A stretch of 63,740 nt of DNA from Octopus bimaculoides (GCF_001194135.2 NC_068981.1:188631045-188694784), one strand, 5' to 3'. Shown: positions 1 to 11,895, counted from the stretch's first letter. The notes: a model not told the origin generated them from the letters alone. Program-made: numbers and translations.

Positions 1-312
1 CAGAGGTTTATCCTTAGCTAGGTATTTCTCCTGCAACTGTCTCACTAGAAATAAGGCATCAGTAGTGCTTTTACCTGGCACGAACCCAAACTGCATCTCA
101 TCTAAATTGATTCGCTCCCTAATTAGTTGGGCTATGACCCTCTCTGTAACTTTCATAACCTGATCTAACAGCTTGATGCCTCTGTAATTATTTGTATCTA
201 AAGCGTCACCTTTACCTTTGTAGCAGTTGACTATGATGCTGCTACACCAGTCATTGGGTATGACTCCTTCGTGTATCACCTGGTTCGTAATACGGGTGAC
301 TAGGCTATAACC
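1..312 (-). mobile_element. LINE (RTE-like) reverse transcriptase fragment, 5'-truncated, runs off window start
   Basis: Minus strand reads 104 stop-free codons: GYSLVTRITNQVIHEGVIPNDWCSSIIVNCYKGKGDALDTNNYRGIKLLDQVMKVTERVIAQLIRERINLDEMQFGFVPGKSTTDALFLVRQLQEKYLAKDKPL. It carries the non-LTR RT N-terminal motifs (P.DW, KGKGD, NYRGI.LL, QFGF..GKSTTDA). Missed by the ORF track because it has no start codon. Confidence 0.92.
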
Positions 313-316
313 ACTA

Positions 317-390
317 GGTGTGTGACCTAGTGGTTTGGATGTTGATTTCATGACCACAAGATTGTGGGTTCAAATTCTGGATCAAGCAGT
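317..390 (+). mobile_element. Degenerate tRNA-derived SINE head
   Basis: A-box-like TGACCTAGTGG and B-box-like GGGTTCAAATTC at tRNA spacing; no intact cloverleaf. Confidence 0.5.
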
Positions 391-738
391 CAACATAAAT
401 AGTTTTCTCATTCATATATATTTTCTTCCTCTAAAGCTGCTAAATTTAAAACCAACAACCATGCTAAAGAAAGGTACATTCCAGAAATAATTGTAACTTC
501 ACACAGAATTATAAGTGAGAAGAATGTTTTTGTTGCAGATTTAAAGCTTTTTTTATAAAACTGAAATTGCCACATTAATAACTCACTGCCCCCCCCCCCA
601 TAAGACATACCATATATTCACATGTATACATGCACGTATATATTAAACAAGGGAAATATTAAATAATATTGAAATTATTTGCCTTTGTATGACATAAACA
701 ATATAAACACTTAACAGCATTTATTATTAGAGTCAAAT

Positions 739-1190
739 AAGGTGGCTGGCTAGCAGAGTCGTTAGCACGCTGGATTAAATGCATAGCAGTATTTCACCTG
801 TCGCTACGTTCTGAGTTCAAATTCTACCAAGGTCGACTTTGCCTTTCATCCTTTCGGGATCGATAAATTAAGTACCAGTGAAATTTTAGGGTCGATGCAA
901 TCGACTAGTGCCCTCCCCCAAAGTTTCAGGCATTGTGCCTATAATAGAAAGCATTATTAGAATCAAATAAGACCGCAAACTGGTTGAATCGTCAGCACGC
1001 CGGGCAAAATGCTTAGTGGTATTTTATCCATCCTTACATCCTGAGTTCAAATTCTGCCGAGGTTAACTTTGCCTTTCATGTTTTCGGGGTCAGTAAACTA
1101 AGTACCAGATGAGTACTGGGGTCGATCTAATCAACTGGCCCTCTCCACCAAATTTCAGGCCTTGTACCTATAGTAGAAAGGATTATTAGA
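739..1190 (+). mobile_element. Two tandem copies of SINE family A (tRNA head + GCCTTTCATCCTTTCGGGGTCGAT core, Meta-domain-like)
   Basis: Two ~215-bp copies (~739-955, ~970-1190) sharing TTCTGAGTTCAAATT..GAGGTCGACTTTGCCTTTCATCC..AAGTACCAG..CAGGCCTTGTGCCTATAGTAGAAAGGATT with many other copies in the window. The Meta-domain resemblance is from recall. Confidence 0.85.
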
Positions 1191-1519
1191 GTGAAATAAG
1201 AAGTTGGTTTGATTTTAGACTCAACTTCATTGAAAATATGAATATATTGAGAAGTGGCTAAAATGCAAATAAAACAGGTGACTTTTGAGAAAAAGACAGT
1301 TGCTGCCTTATGTATGTAACTGGTAAATTAGGAAAATGGGTAAATTAAGAAAATGGTTTTACAAAACTGTTTTGTAGGATTGGCAGTATCAAAAGAATGG
1401 CAAGCAAAATGCCTTGTGCTAATTTTGCTCATGATGAGATTTTACCAAGATCACCTAGTCACATCAGTAACATACTCCATACATACACATAATGCACATA
1501 TATATTCACATGCACACAC

Positions 1520-1632
1520 ACAAGCCATATTTAGACTGAAACCTGGTGCAGCTCTCCATCTTACCAGTTCCAGTCAAACCATTCAACCCATGCCAATATG
1601 GAAAATGGATGTTAAATGATGATGATGATGTA
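1520..1632 (+). mobile_element. RTE-type 3' tail ending (GAT)n
   Basis: CAACCCATGCCAATATGGAAAATGGATGTTAAATGATGATG matches the recurrent tail seen at 18110-18435, 41985-42165 and 46190-46530. Confidence 0.7.
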
Positions 1633-2667
1633 TATCTTAAATAAGAGAAATGTCAAATAATATTAGGGTTATCTCCCTTGGCATTACATGGGCATTTCTT
1701 ATGGAAAAATAAATTTCCAGTCAAGTATTGTCAATATAATTGATTATATCCCAACCTAAAATCTGAAGCCTTGTGCCTATGATAGAAATCAATATATATC
1801 CAGTATTTTCCAAAAGATATTTTGCATTTTCCTGGCAAAGACACTTCAATAGCAGGCTTGAATTTTTTGCAATATAGATATATGGAAAGAGAAAGAAGAA
1901 AAAATGGTTTTTGATTGAACTAAAAAAGAGATAATTATTTGTGACGTAAATCTGTTTCGAGGATTTTGTCCCATATTCATCTAAACCCAACTCTAAATGT
2001 GTTTAAAATATTCTTTTCAAAGTATTGATAATGCTGACAGAGAAAGATCTAGCTCAATTTAGCTTTTAACTTTATCGACACATCTTCATATAATTAGAGA
2101 TGGCAAGTGATATTGTAGATGAATCCGATCTCAGTTTTAATGTAATCTAAGTGCCGCAGAAAAAAAAAAAAAAAGAAAAATGGTAACGTATGACTTGTAT
2201 TTAATCTACAGATCATTCAACTTTGTTGGGTTTTTGTTTCTTTGTCTTTTTGTTAGTTCTCTAAGATGAATCTCAAATAGTTAGCTATAAAGGTTATAAT
2301 ATATTACAAAAGGAAACAAAAAATGTTTAAAACTATCAATACACTAACTGGTAAATAAAACTTTAATAATTAAAATATGCACCATATTTCTTGGAATACA
2401 GTTCCAAATGTGTTAAATATTGGGGTACATTTCATTGGTATAAAGTTGCAAAAAGAATGTCTTATTATCAACATGATCATTTACAAAGTGGTCTTGTTGT
2501 TTATGACTGTTTCGGTAGATTTATAACAAAATATTTTTTGATGGCCTTGCTCTCCTGTTTTCAGGCATAAGCTGAAAAAATGCTGAGTAAGTGCATTGGA
2601 TAGACCATATCACTCTCTATTTCCTATCTTATTTAAACTAACTATTGCTTAACCATCCTCTCACACC

Positions 2668-2715
2668 GTCTCTGATGAAGGGATATAATATATATCCTGG
2701 AAACAGCTGTAAGAC
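2668..2715 (+). ncRNA. Minimal type I hammerhead ribozyme (Penelope pLTR type)
   Basis: GTCT-CTGATGA-AG-GGATATA(ata)TATATCC-TG-GAAA-C-AGCT-G-TA^AGAC. Stem I is GTCT/AGAC, stem II has 7 WC bp, stem III has a palindromic loop, and the cleavage triplet is GUA after 2711. Confidence 0.75.
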
Positions 2716-2789
2716 CTTCTATTTATAAATGTTCTATATTATATACAGCCTTGGTTTTTTTATCTCATTACGAAATTAAATCTTTATAT

Positions 2790-2972
2790 ATATATATATA
2801 TATATATACGACAAGCTTCTTTCTGTTTCCATCTACCAAATCCACTCACAAGGCTTTGGTCGGCCTGAGGCTATAGTAGAAGTCACTTGCCCAAGGAGCC
2901 ATGCAGTGGGACTGAACCTGGAACCATGTTGTTGGTAAACAAACTACTTACCACACAGCCACTCCTGTGCCT
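2790..2972 (-). mobile_element. SINE family B 5' half (tRNA head + GGCACCTTGGGCAAGTG CORE-like)
   Basis: Reverse complement of the family B head seen at 16705-16840 and 56221-56385. Confidence 0.85.
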
Positions 2973-2974
2973 AT

Positions 2975-4620
2975 ATATTATCCATTTTTTTCTTTTTGTT
3001 TTGTGGAGAATTGTGAAGAGTATAAATATGGTGTTCACTAATGTTTTCCTCTCTCATGTTGATTTGTGACATATCAAAATGCACTGCAGTTGCTCCCCTT
3101 TTATAATTACATAGTGAGTTTGTATGACTACTAAAACAGTTAGTTCTAATGTTTATGACTTCCCCATTTGCATTCAAATTTGTAAATCACAATGACCACT
3201 AGTCACTTACTCACAGATTTATAAGCTTATGCTTTATCATTGATAAGATTTTTAATTTTGCCTCTTTTGGAGTATGTTATTAGATTCACTTTGTAGTTTG
3301 GTGTAATGCATTTTGAGTTCTGTTTTATGAGGTTTTTGATGTGTTCATCTAGCATATAGCTAGTGTTCACTTGAATTGTTATATACTATACATTATTTTA
3401 ATTAGCTTAGTGAATAATGTATTTTTCACATAGTATTTGTGACTGTATTACTTTATGACTTGTTAGAATACCTGTTGTATGAATACTGTTTCATTCTGTG
3501 AGTCACTTTATCTAGTACTTCATTTGTGGAAAGGTATTTAAATGCTCTTTGAAGAAAAGATTTTCTCATTGACATTTTTATATCCTTGGATATATGCTAT
3601 CTCCATACAAGAATATGCATTTATTTGTCTTTGGAATAAATATATCAAATGTATCTTTTATTTTCTGTTTGGATGTTTATGTCTATAAGCGGAGTCATTG
3701 CATTGCTTGGATTTTTCTTTGTACTCTTTTTGACATTGAAATTTAATATCAAGCAATTCTCCAGTAATTCTTCCTTTAATTTCTCAACATCTTTTGTGGT
3801 TATATCATCTCTATATTTGGTACATGTATGTACATCTTTGATTTTTATTGTAACCATGTAGAACATCACCAACATTGTAAGAATATGTATAAAGAATCAT
3901 CTGTGTAGAGTCTTTAAGGAAGAACCCATGGCTACTCCAACTTTATTGATTATATAATTTGTTATGTGGAGAGTGAAAGGATACTTCTCTTATACAGGTC
4001 GCTAACAATTCCATCTTTGTGTTTGCTGATACCATAGGTAATTATATTATGGGTGTTTGCAGTGGTGGACTGGCCAGGTTGCCAGCCTGCCCGGTGGCAA
4101 GTGGGCCTCTGCACCATTAGAATCTGTATATGGGGGCCTATGTTAGTATTTTAGGGGCCCATTCCCTCAAGTTTGAGAATTTTTTTATTCACTCCTGGAA
4201 GAATGCATTAATTATTTCAGCCTGGCTATGTTTGTAGACAGTTGAAAAGAATACTTTTAACAAAAAAAGATTTAATTAAAGCATTGTAGTTGTGGGTGGA
4301 CCCCTTTAGTCTCCTGGCAGCCAATATTTTTAGACCCAATCCACCACTGGGTGTTTGTATATATTATTTGATGTGGTCTCTATTGTTTCTGCTACTGACA
4401 ATTAAGTAAACAGACTTTCTATTCGAAAATGGAGTCGCTGCTTATTTTGCTAGTTTCTTCTGAGATCTTTAGGAACTCTTTGGATTAATGTATACTGTAT
4501 CTCTTATACATACTGTATCTGTTATGTATTTCATTTGATAATGTTGTACAATTATTTAGTTATCTTCTGTGATAGCTTATTTGAGATAATGCCAGAAGGG
4601 ATGTTTGTGTATTTTGCTGT
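2975..4620 (-). pseudogene. Decayed Penelope-like element: RT + thumb + GIY-YIG endonuclease (possibly Naiad clade)
   Basis: Ordered minus-strand motifs despite stops and frameshifts: KIHK (~4610), YSIH*SKEFL, IESLFT*LSVAETIE..NNIYKHP (4422-4350), LLATCIREVSFHSPHNKLY, GVAMGS (3938-3921), KYRDDI (~3815-3804), PLIDINI, FLQRAFKYLS (~3570-3530), DEHIKNLIKQ..LITYSKRGKIKNLI (~3350-3244), VIYKFEC (3190-3170), KLTM (~3122-3110). Confidence 0.88.
4060..4349. mobile_element. hAT-type MITE inserted in the Penelope RT
   Basis: TIRs CAGTGGTGGACTGG / CCAATCCACCACTG (13/14 match); perfect 8-bp TSD GGTGTTTG at 4052-4059 and 4350-4357. Confidence 0.92.
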
Positions 4621-5869
4621 TTTTTATATATATAAGAATCTAAAAAAAATAATAAAATTAAAAAAAAAACATCATTCTGCTCAGCAATCTAATTGCAAAA
4701 TCTGAGTATCTTTGAATGTGTCACCACTAAGACAAATATTTAGTGAAAGAACAGGAATTTACTATCACAACCAGATTATACAGCTTTCACCTGCTCTTAA
4801 CATTTACCTTCCCTTCCCACATCAACTTCCTGCTTGATATCTAAAATCTTGCCAAATGCATTGTTTAATTGTTAATTGTACATACTTGTTGCATTCATTT
4901 GTATATACACATAAGGCTATATACATAGATGATTCTTCATGCAAATTCTTACTGGAATTTTTTTGCCTTTGCTGCAGTTCTTCAGTCAATTTATTTTTTA
5001 ATCTTTTGGCTGTAATTTTATGCTAATTTTTACTCATTCCCTGCCCCGCTGTTCTTTCTTTTCCCATTCTGCTTTCTTCCATTTCTTCCACCAACTGCCT
5101 CATCTTTTTACTCTTCTTTTCCTTCTCTCTCTTTCTCTCTTAATCTCCTTAAATTCAAAATTAACAACTTACTACTTTATCCATCTGTTTCTGTTTTTAT
5201 TTTTTTTTTTTATTTCTCAGTAATTAAACTTCTACACAATGAAAACATTTTTAATTAAATGTCTCAAACAATATAAAATATATGTCATTCAAATTCCAAA
5301 ATGAAAGACACTCCTGAAATTATCACATATCCTGTCAAAACATACAATTTACTTGATCTCACCTTGAAACACATTAAAAACTTTTTTTTTTCTTTCCTAC
5401 AGAAAATCATTTTGTCCACATGTTTTGCTTTAGATATTTTTAAAGGTTCCCTTATGTATTCTTTATTCTTACATGAAAAACTAGTAATACACACAAATTC
5501 TTTCCAGTATGAATTAAACATATCTTACTGATGTGTACACAATACTTCAAGAAAGATAATATTAGTCATATAAAAATCCTGGAAGAAAATTCCATGAAGT
5601 GACTGATATGAATAAATCTGGTTTGAAGAAATAAAATCATTCCAAACTACTTAACAGTATTGAGTAATTTAACTTTCCTTAGTTACATTTTATATTAGTG
5701 TGAAATCACGATTCACTCTCTGTGTATGTGTGTGTGCCTATGTATGCTTATATTATTTTTTAGATGGTCATCACCCACGAATAAGTATGAGTTGGTAACA
5801 TGTATCATATCTTCAACGTTTGATTTTTAGATGCCTACATAGCTGTGAGCAAACATAGACATCTTTTTA

Positions 5870-6030
5870 ACTCTCTCACCATTTGACCCAGTGGAACATT
5901 GAGGATGTGAGCAACTGAGGGTAGTAAGTTGTATTTAGTTCACTAGCTCTGAGCCGGGGCAATGTGGAATGAAGTGCCTTGCTCAAGGATACAACATGCT
6001 ACCTGGCCCAGCAGCTGAACACTCAGTATT
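5870..6030. mobile_element. Old SINE-like fragment
   Basis: GGAATGAAGTGCCTTGCTCAAGGATACAACA resembles the GTGCCTTGCTCAAGG core of ancient SINE families (recall); single copy in window. Confidence 0.4.
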
Positions 6031-6085
6031 ATGAGAACAAGCAAAACACCAATAAACCACATTGCCTACTTACATACTTACATAT

Positions 6086-6178
<93 letters not shown>

Positions 6179-6180
<2 letters not shown>

Positions 6181-6378
6181 TATATATAAAGGGCATTAAC
6201 TGTGTATTAATGCCTCACGCTTCGAGGGACTAAATAAGTCAAAAACTACCAAAAATAAGCAACATATTTATTGAAAGCGAGGAAAGTAAATATGTTGCTT
6301 ATTTTTGGTAGTCTTTGACTTATTTAGTCCCTCGAAGCATGAGGCATTAATACACAGTTAATGCCCTTTATATATAAT
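6179..6378. repeat. Long foldback: 92-bp arms, 16-nt loop
   Basis: 6179-6270 is the reverse complement of 6287-6378 with 2 mismatches; loop TTGAAAGCGAGGAAAG; abuts (CA)n(TA)n at ~6090-6177. Confidence 0.95.
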
Positions 6379-6524
6379 TAATTATATTTATGAAGAAATT
6401 ATGAATTTTTTCATTACAAAATTTTTCGTTATTTTTTCATTATGAGGTTTTTTTCACGCTGACTACTTGATAAATTCTTATAAAGAATTTATCCTATATT
6501 ATATTATATATATATATACATATA

Positions 6525-6760
6525 TTTACTCTTTTATTTCTTTTATTTGTTTCAGTCATTTTGACTGCAGCCATGCTGGAGCACCACCTTAAAAGGTTTT
6601 AGTTGAAGAAATCAACCCGAGGACTTATTCTTTCTAAGCCTAGTACTTATTCTATTGGTCGCTTTTGCCGAACTGATAAGTTATGGGGATGTAAACACGC
6701 CAGTACTAGTTCTCAAGCGGTGAAGGCGGGACAAACACAGATGCAAAGACACACACACAC
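6525..6760 (-). mobile_element. SINE family B 3' half
   Basis: TTTCAGTCATTTTGACTGCAGCCATGCTGGAGCACC is the reverse complement of the family B tail. Confidence 0.85.
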
Positions 6761-6813
6761 AAATAAATATATATATATATATAAATATATATATATATAC
6801 ATATATATATATA

Positions 6814-6889
<76 letters not shown>

Positions 6890-7158
6890 CATACACACAT
6901 AAATGGTCATTGGAGTTGGATATGCTGCCATAAGGATGCTTTATGGATGCAAAACCATTGGTCACTCTATCGCTGGCCATATAATTAACTTATTATAAAC
7001 ACATTACCGCTCTAACGTTTAAAATATGCTTCTTTTTCAGATATATGATTCACTAATAATGTGTGTGTGTGTGTGTGTGTGAAGGTACAGATAGTTACGT
7101 AGAAGTTTATTTGTCTATGTGTGTATATGTCTGTGTGCAGACACTGACACACACACAC

Positions 7159-7213
<55 letters not shown>

Positions 7214-8779
7214 TTAATATACATATTATAAAGTAGAACATTAGAAGTAGTATTTTGCTATACTTTCACTTCAGAAATTATTTAAGAATATTACTATGGA
7301 ATTTGAATGCTGCCAATATGCAAAGAGACATAGAGTTTGTAAGACAGTCATCTGGAACTAAAGGAAGGAAAGAAAGTGTTGTAGACATGCAATACTTAGA
7401 AGTGACTTAAAAATAAGAAAAATATATAATACATAGTTTACATTATAAGTACCATCACGTACTTAAATTGTTAATACAGATAATACAGATTATATAGATG
7501 ACTGTCTTAAATGACTGTTCATCAGAATGTAAGCATTGTTATAATGGTGAAAGAAAGAGAGGGAATACAGTCGTTTTAGGAATGTAATTTCTTTCTACAT
7601 GAAGTAAGAAGAGTTTCTTGATAACATGGTTTTAATAATTCAGAAATTTAATGTGCTTAATGACCAGCTGAGTGAGTGTCAATCTATTATTATACAACAC
7701 TTGTACAGTGCATAAAATGATCCAAATAATAAAGTAAACCATTTAGTCGCTTGTATTGTCAACAAAAAGGTTGCAACTCTTGTCTGATGCACAAAAGTAC
7801 AAAACAAAACGACCAAAATATTTAAGTGCCTCGTGCATTTTGTGCATAGAAGTAGAAATTAGTTTAGAAATCTTATTAAATAAAGGAAGAACCATTCAAT
7901 GAAAAACAATGTTTAATAAGCTTCAGATAAACAAAAATGGTTTGTTGAAACTCCTGTATGGTTTGCCTGCAGTGATTAATTTCAACTTCATATTAAAGTT
8001 GACATTTTTAGCTGTATATTGATAAACTTGTATCTCTGTGATTGAATTTGCTCCAATAAAATGAAGATGCTGTAAATATAGTTTCAAAAACATTCAATGG
8101 AAGTCCAGTATAAATTTTCAAAACCATTTTTTTGTATTTAGCATAGCTCTGTAAATATTTTTGGTAGTCCTTGTTTGTTCCAGTGGATTTCATTTGGATT
8201 TATACCATTACAAACATTAGAATTTTGGTTAGCAGTAAGATCTTATGATCTCAATCTAATCAGGTTGGATATTATTTCTTCGATATTGAATGAGTGACTT
8301 TAACAGAAATGTAGCTAATCATTTTCTAACACCTCTGTTTGGGTGGAAAATGTTATTTCATCTTTTACCACTAGGATTTTGCTGATTGAAGGGGGGGTTA
8401 TACCAAGTTATGTTTTTGTTTTTATTTTTGTATTTGGATGAGGTGTTCTAATATATCTTTTGTCATAGAAACTATTATGTTTTAGAACATCATTGTAGAA
8501 CTTATCAACATCTTAAAAATAACAGCATTTGAACAATCATTAAACTGAACGTTTTGTGCTAAGGTTGAGGGTAACATAAAGTTAAAATCAAATGTTATTT
8601 TCTATTTAAATATTTAAATTGCTTGAAAAGGTTATAGAAATCTTTCCATAATTGTTTTAAAAATCAACTTTTGAGAATTAAAAGATGACTATCCCTGTAG
8701 AAAGCTCAATTTCAAAGGAAAAACTTTCTGTATCATAACTTAGGGTACATAATCATAGTCATTAATTTTCACCAAACAC

Positions 8780-9900
8780 CTCACAACAATTCTAACATCA
8801 AAAGAAACGTTAAGAATTGTTTTTATGCAAAACAGAACCAATTTTCATGCATAAAACATAAATAAAATATCAATTGATGCTATGATAATTTAGGAAAGAT
8901 TTTTTATGAAATTGATAGCATTCTCTGCAGGGTTTCAAAAATTGAAGGATAACTATCATGAAAAGCTCAATGAAGAAACAGCTTTATTAGCTATGGGTTT
9001 AAACCAATTAACTATAGAATTTCTTTTTCTAATGGAGTAAAGGAGATACTCTCCAAATTTTAGACATTATCTGTGAAGAGCTGTGAACAAATTTAGTTTT
9101 TCACCTTTTTTCAAAGCAAGGGATTCAAGTCTGTTGTTATTTATCTAATTTGTTAATGATATTTTTGACTTCTGTGTTTATGCTAAAAATCTGTTTGCTT
9201 TTGGTACGTTTTGCTGATAGAATTAACTGAGGATTTATTGTAAGAAGATTGAAAGAATATCTCTCTATTGAGTAAAGTTTTTTTTTCTAATCAGAAGGTA
9301 CACAAATATTTTTTGCTATCAGGAAACTTTCTCAGCTTATTGTTTAAATCCTTCTGGAATTGTATCAAATGATTTTAAAATTTGAATATTCTTTATCATA
9401 TTTAGCAGGTCTTCACATTATATTTGTGACATCATATACTAGGTAAAACTTTCTTTATGTCAACAGTTATTACGAACAGAAACTTGATAGTTTGTATCTC
9501 AAAAATATAGTGCTTAGAGTTTCGACTTTTTGATGAAATGTTTCCTTAATGAAGAAACCCTTTCAACAGAAATTTTGTGAGAAGTAAAGGGATGCTTTTT
9601 TCCATTGAAATCAAGTGATATATCTGTGAATTAATCTGGTATTACAAAATTGTTGAATAACTTGAGAGATGAAACTGCAATGAAATAGTATTCGTGATAG
9701 TATTCTTTGTTAAAATTTTGATTGCACTCTCATTCCATTAAACGAAATCATACGTCAAATAATAGTAAACACTCTAAACACTTGCAATTCCACGATCTCT
9801 TATAACTGACTGCGTAGAGAAAAGTACCTTGCTAGTTCTTAAGTATACTGTGTCGAAGAAATGTTGATGAATGATAACTCTCCAAAAAAATCTTACATTA
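8780..9900 (+). pseudogene. Possible very old hAT (Charlie/Buster-like) transposase fossil
   Basis: Weak but ordered remnants: ELFLCK (~8815), FFKARDSSLLLF (~9110), RIN*GFIVRRL (~9230), SYLAG (~9400), FRLFDEMFP**RNPF (~9520-9565), RDETAMK..YSLLKF*L (~9665-9725). Many stops; the match to the Buster consensus was judged by eye. Confidence 0.3.
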
Positions 9901-10295
9901 GAACTACAAAGACATGAAATTCAAAGTGAAATATTACTTACATGGATGTTTGTCAGTCAAACTAAATAGAAAATTTTCAACTGAACTTTCAGGATATATT
10001 TGGAGGTTGAGGTAAAACTTGTGACAGTACTTTTAATGTAATGTAATTTCTCAATTTTGTGCCAGCTTACATACACTGAAAAGCAAAAATATGTTGAGTT
10101 GTCTTCTTTACTTAATTGAAATATCAGTTTATTACTGAAGGGGAACATTTTAATTCTAGGAATGGTATTCTTTGAAATTTTTTGCGATGAAGGAAAATAA
10201 TCCCAAAAGACATATTCACCATAGGATATTTTCAACAAGATGTATCTACCACTATCATATTCTTTAGTTTCTATTATGTTCTTCTTTTACATATT

Positions 10296-10332
<37 letters not shown>

Positions 10333-11285
10333 TTTACATTACCTTTCACATTGTATCTTCCTTTATTCACTTTCTTCCTTACCCATCTTGTTCACCATTT
10401 GTTTCCCTTTCTTTAACTTTGCAGTATTTTCTAGTATTTGACAGTGAATGACTTTTTGTTAGTGACCTAAAATATCTGTAATAATATAATTGAATTACAG
10501 TTGGGTATCTTATTTTAATTCATTTGTTTTTAATCTGGTGATTTTTATCTTTGCATATACATCCTTTCAAACATTTAATATTTATTTGATTTTATCATCA
10601 CACATGACCACTAAATAAAAATTGTTTCATTATTAGCACAACTTACATTGCACCATTAATCATACCACATTAACATCATATATAGGCTTAACTGCCAATG
10701 AGCTCTAAAGACAACACATGACCATTATTTAAAACACTTATTTAAAACAAAATGATACATCATTTTCTAAGTATATATGGTCTTTTCAGTTCATAGAAAC
10801 ATCTCTCATAGTATTGAAAATTGGAAAATTCTTACACCCATGCAAGAATCAGACCTTGCTAATTTTATACCACTGAATCCTTAAAATGATGTTCTTTAAA
10901 ATGAAACTACTGAACAGTAACACCACATTAGTTTCTGCCTGTAAGCATAAAATATTTAATACTACAAATTTCTAAACCTGTAATTTTTCTCAAACAGCTG
11001 AGATAAATACTAACTTCATCCAGCAAAAATAGACTCAGCCACAATAAGTAATCTTTCTCCCACCACTGAACTCATAAGCCTTCTACATAACAATTCTTAA
11101 CATTTGCTCCTAACATCTACTTATTTAATCTGTCAAGCAGATCTACTTAACTATCTTTTATAGGTGTAGCCATATATGTCACAGTAGATCTATGTATGCA
11201 TGCATTTTTATGAATTTATATGCATCTTCTAATATGTATCTTTGTGCATATATGTTTCCTCTTTGGATATGTGTATGTGAATATA

Positions 11286-11895
11286 CAGGATGCGATGGGT
11301 AGATTGTCAACATTTTCTATTTTTAATTTCGTGCATGAGCATTGTTTTTTAATTTTGTCAACTACACAGTATAGTAGGGTCAGTTGTGCACCGTCTGTGA
11401 GGAAAACAACACCATGACACAATTCACTCTGCCAGAAATTTGGAAATGACATGCTGTACTGCTTGGCATTCACGCCGGAAGCTCCAATACGAACATTTCA
11501 GAGTGTTTGGGTGTCAATCTAAGGACAGTGCAGAGGATTTGGAAAAAGTTGGATGGGTCTAATGAGGATTATGAAGATACAGCAGCTTGAAAGCTAACTT
11601 TTATCATTCTGATAAGAAAAGAACTCCTGAATTTGTTGGTGAGATCCAGGCTATGATTGACAACGACCCCTCCAAGTCTATTAGGTCAATCACCAGGGAC
11701 ATTGGAGTGTCTGAATTTCTTATCAGGCAAGTAGTGCATGAGGATATTCAGTATTCTCCATACAAGATGAGAAAGGACCAATTTTTATACCAAGCCATCA
11801 AGGACAAGGGGAAAGACTGTGCAATGAATCTTTTGAAAAAACTCAAGCATCCCCTCCAACTGAACATGCTTTAGTTTTGCTTAGATGAGAAAAAG
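11286..11895 (+). pseudogene. Tc1/mariner (maT/DD37D-like) transposon 5' part with disrupted transposase
   Basis: TA then TIR-like CAGGATGCGATGGGTAGATTG at 11286. ATG at 11414 gives MTQFTLPEIWK*HAVLLGIHAGSSNTNISECLGVNLRTVQRIWKKL (HTH); after a frameshift, RTPEFVGEIQAMIDNDPSKSIRSITRDIGVSEFLIRQVVHEDI..L*FCLDEK (first catalytic D). Truncated by a SINE. Confidence 0.85.

Noticed and set aside
723-1200. Direct repeats with spacers resembling a CRISPR array
   Set aside because: The spacers are ~210-bp homologous SINE copies in eukaryotic DNA and there are no cas genes; the repeats are TSDs.
2565-2586. Strong AG..GTAAGT pair enclosing 22 nt
   Set aside because: Stop codons occur in all three frames and there is no other support; at best non-coding or terminal.
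5979-7224. ORFs rich in YI/HT/CV repeats (also at 16.6-16.9, 29.3-30.0 and 51.8-52.2 kb)
   Set aside because: They are translations of (TA)n, (CA)n and (TG)n microsatellites inside or near SINEs.
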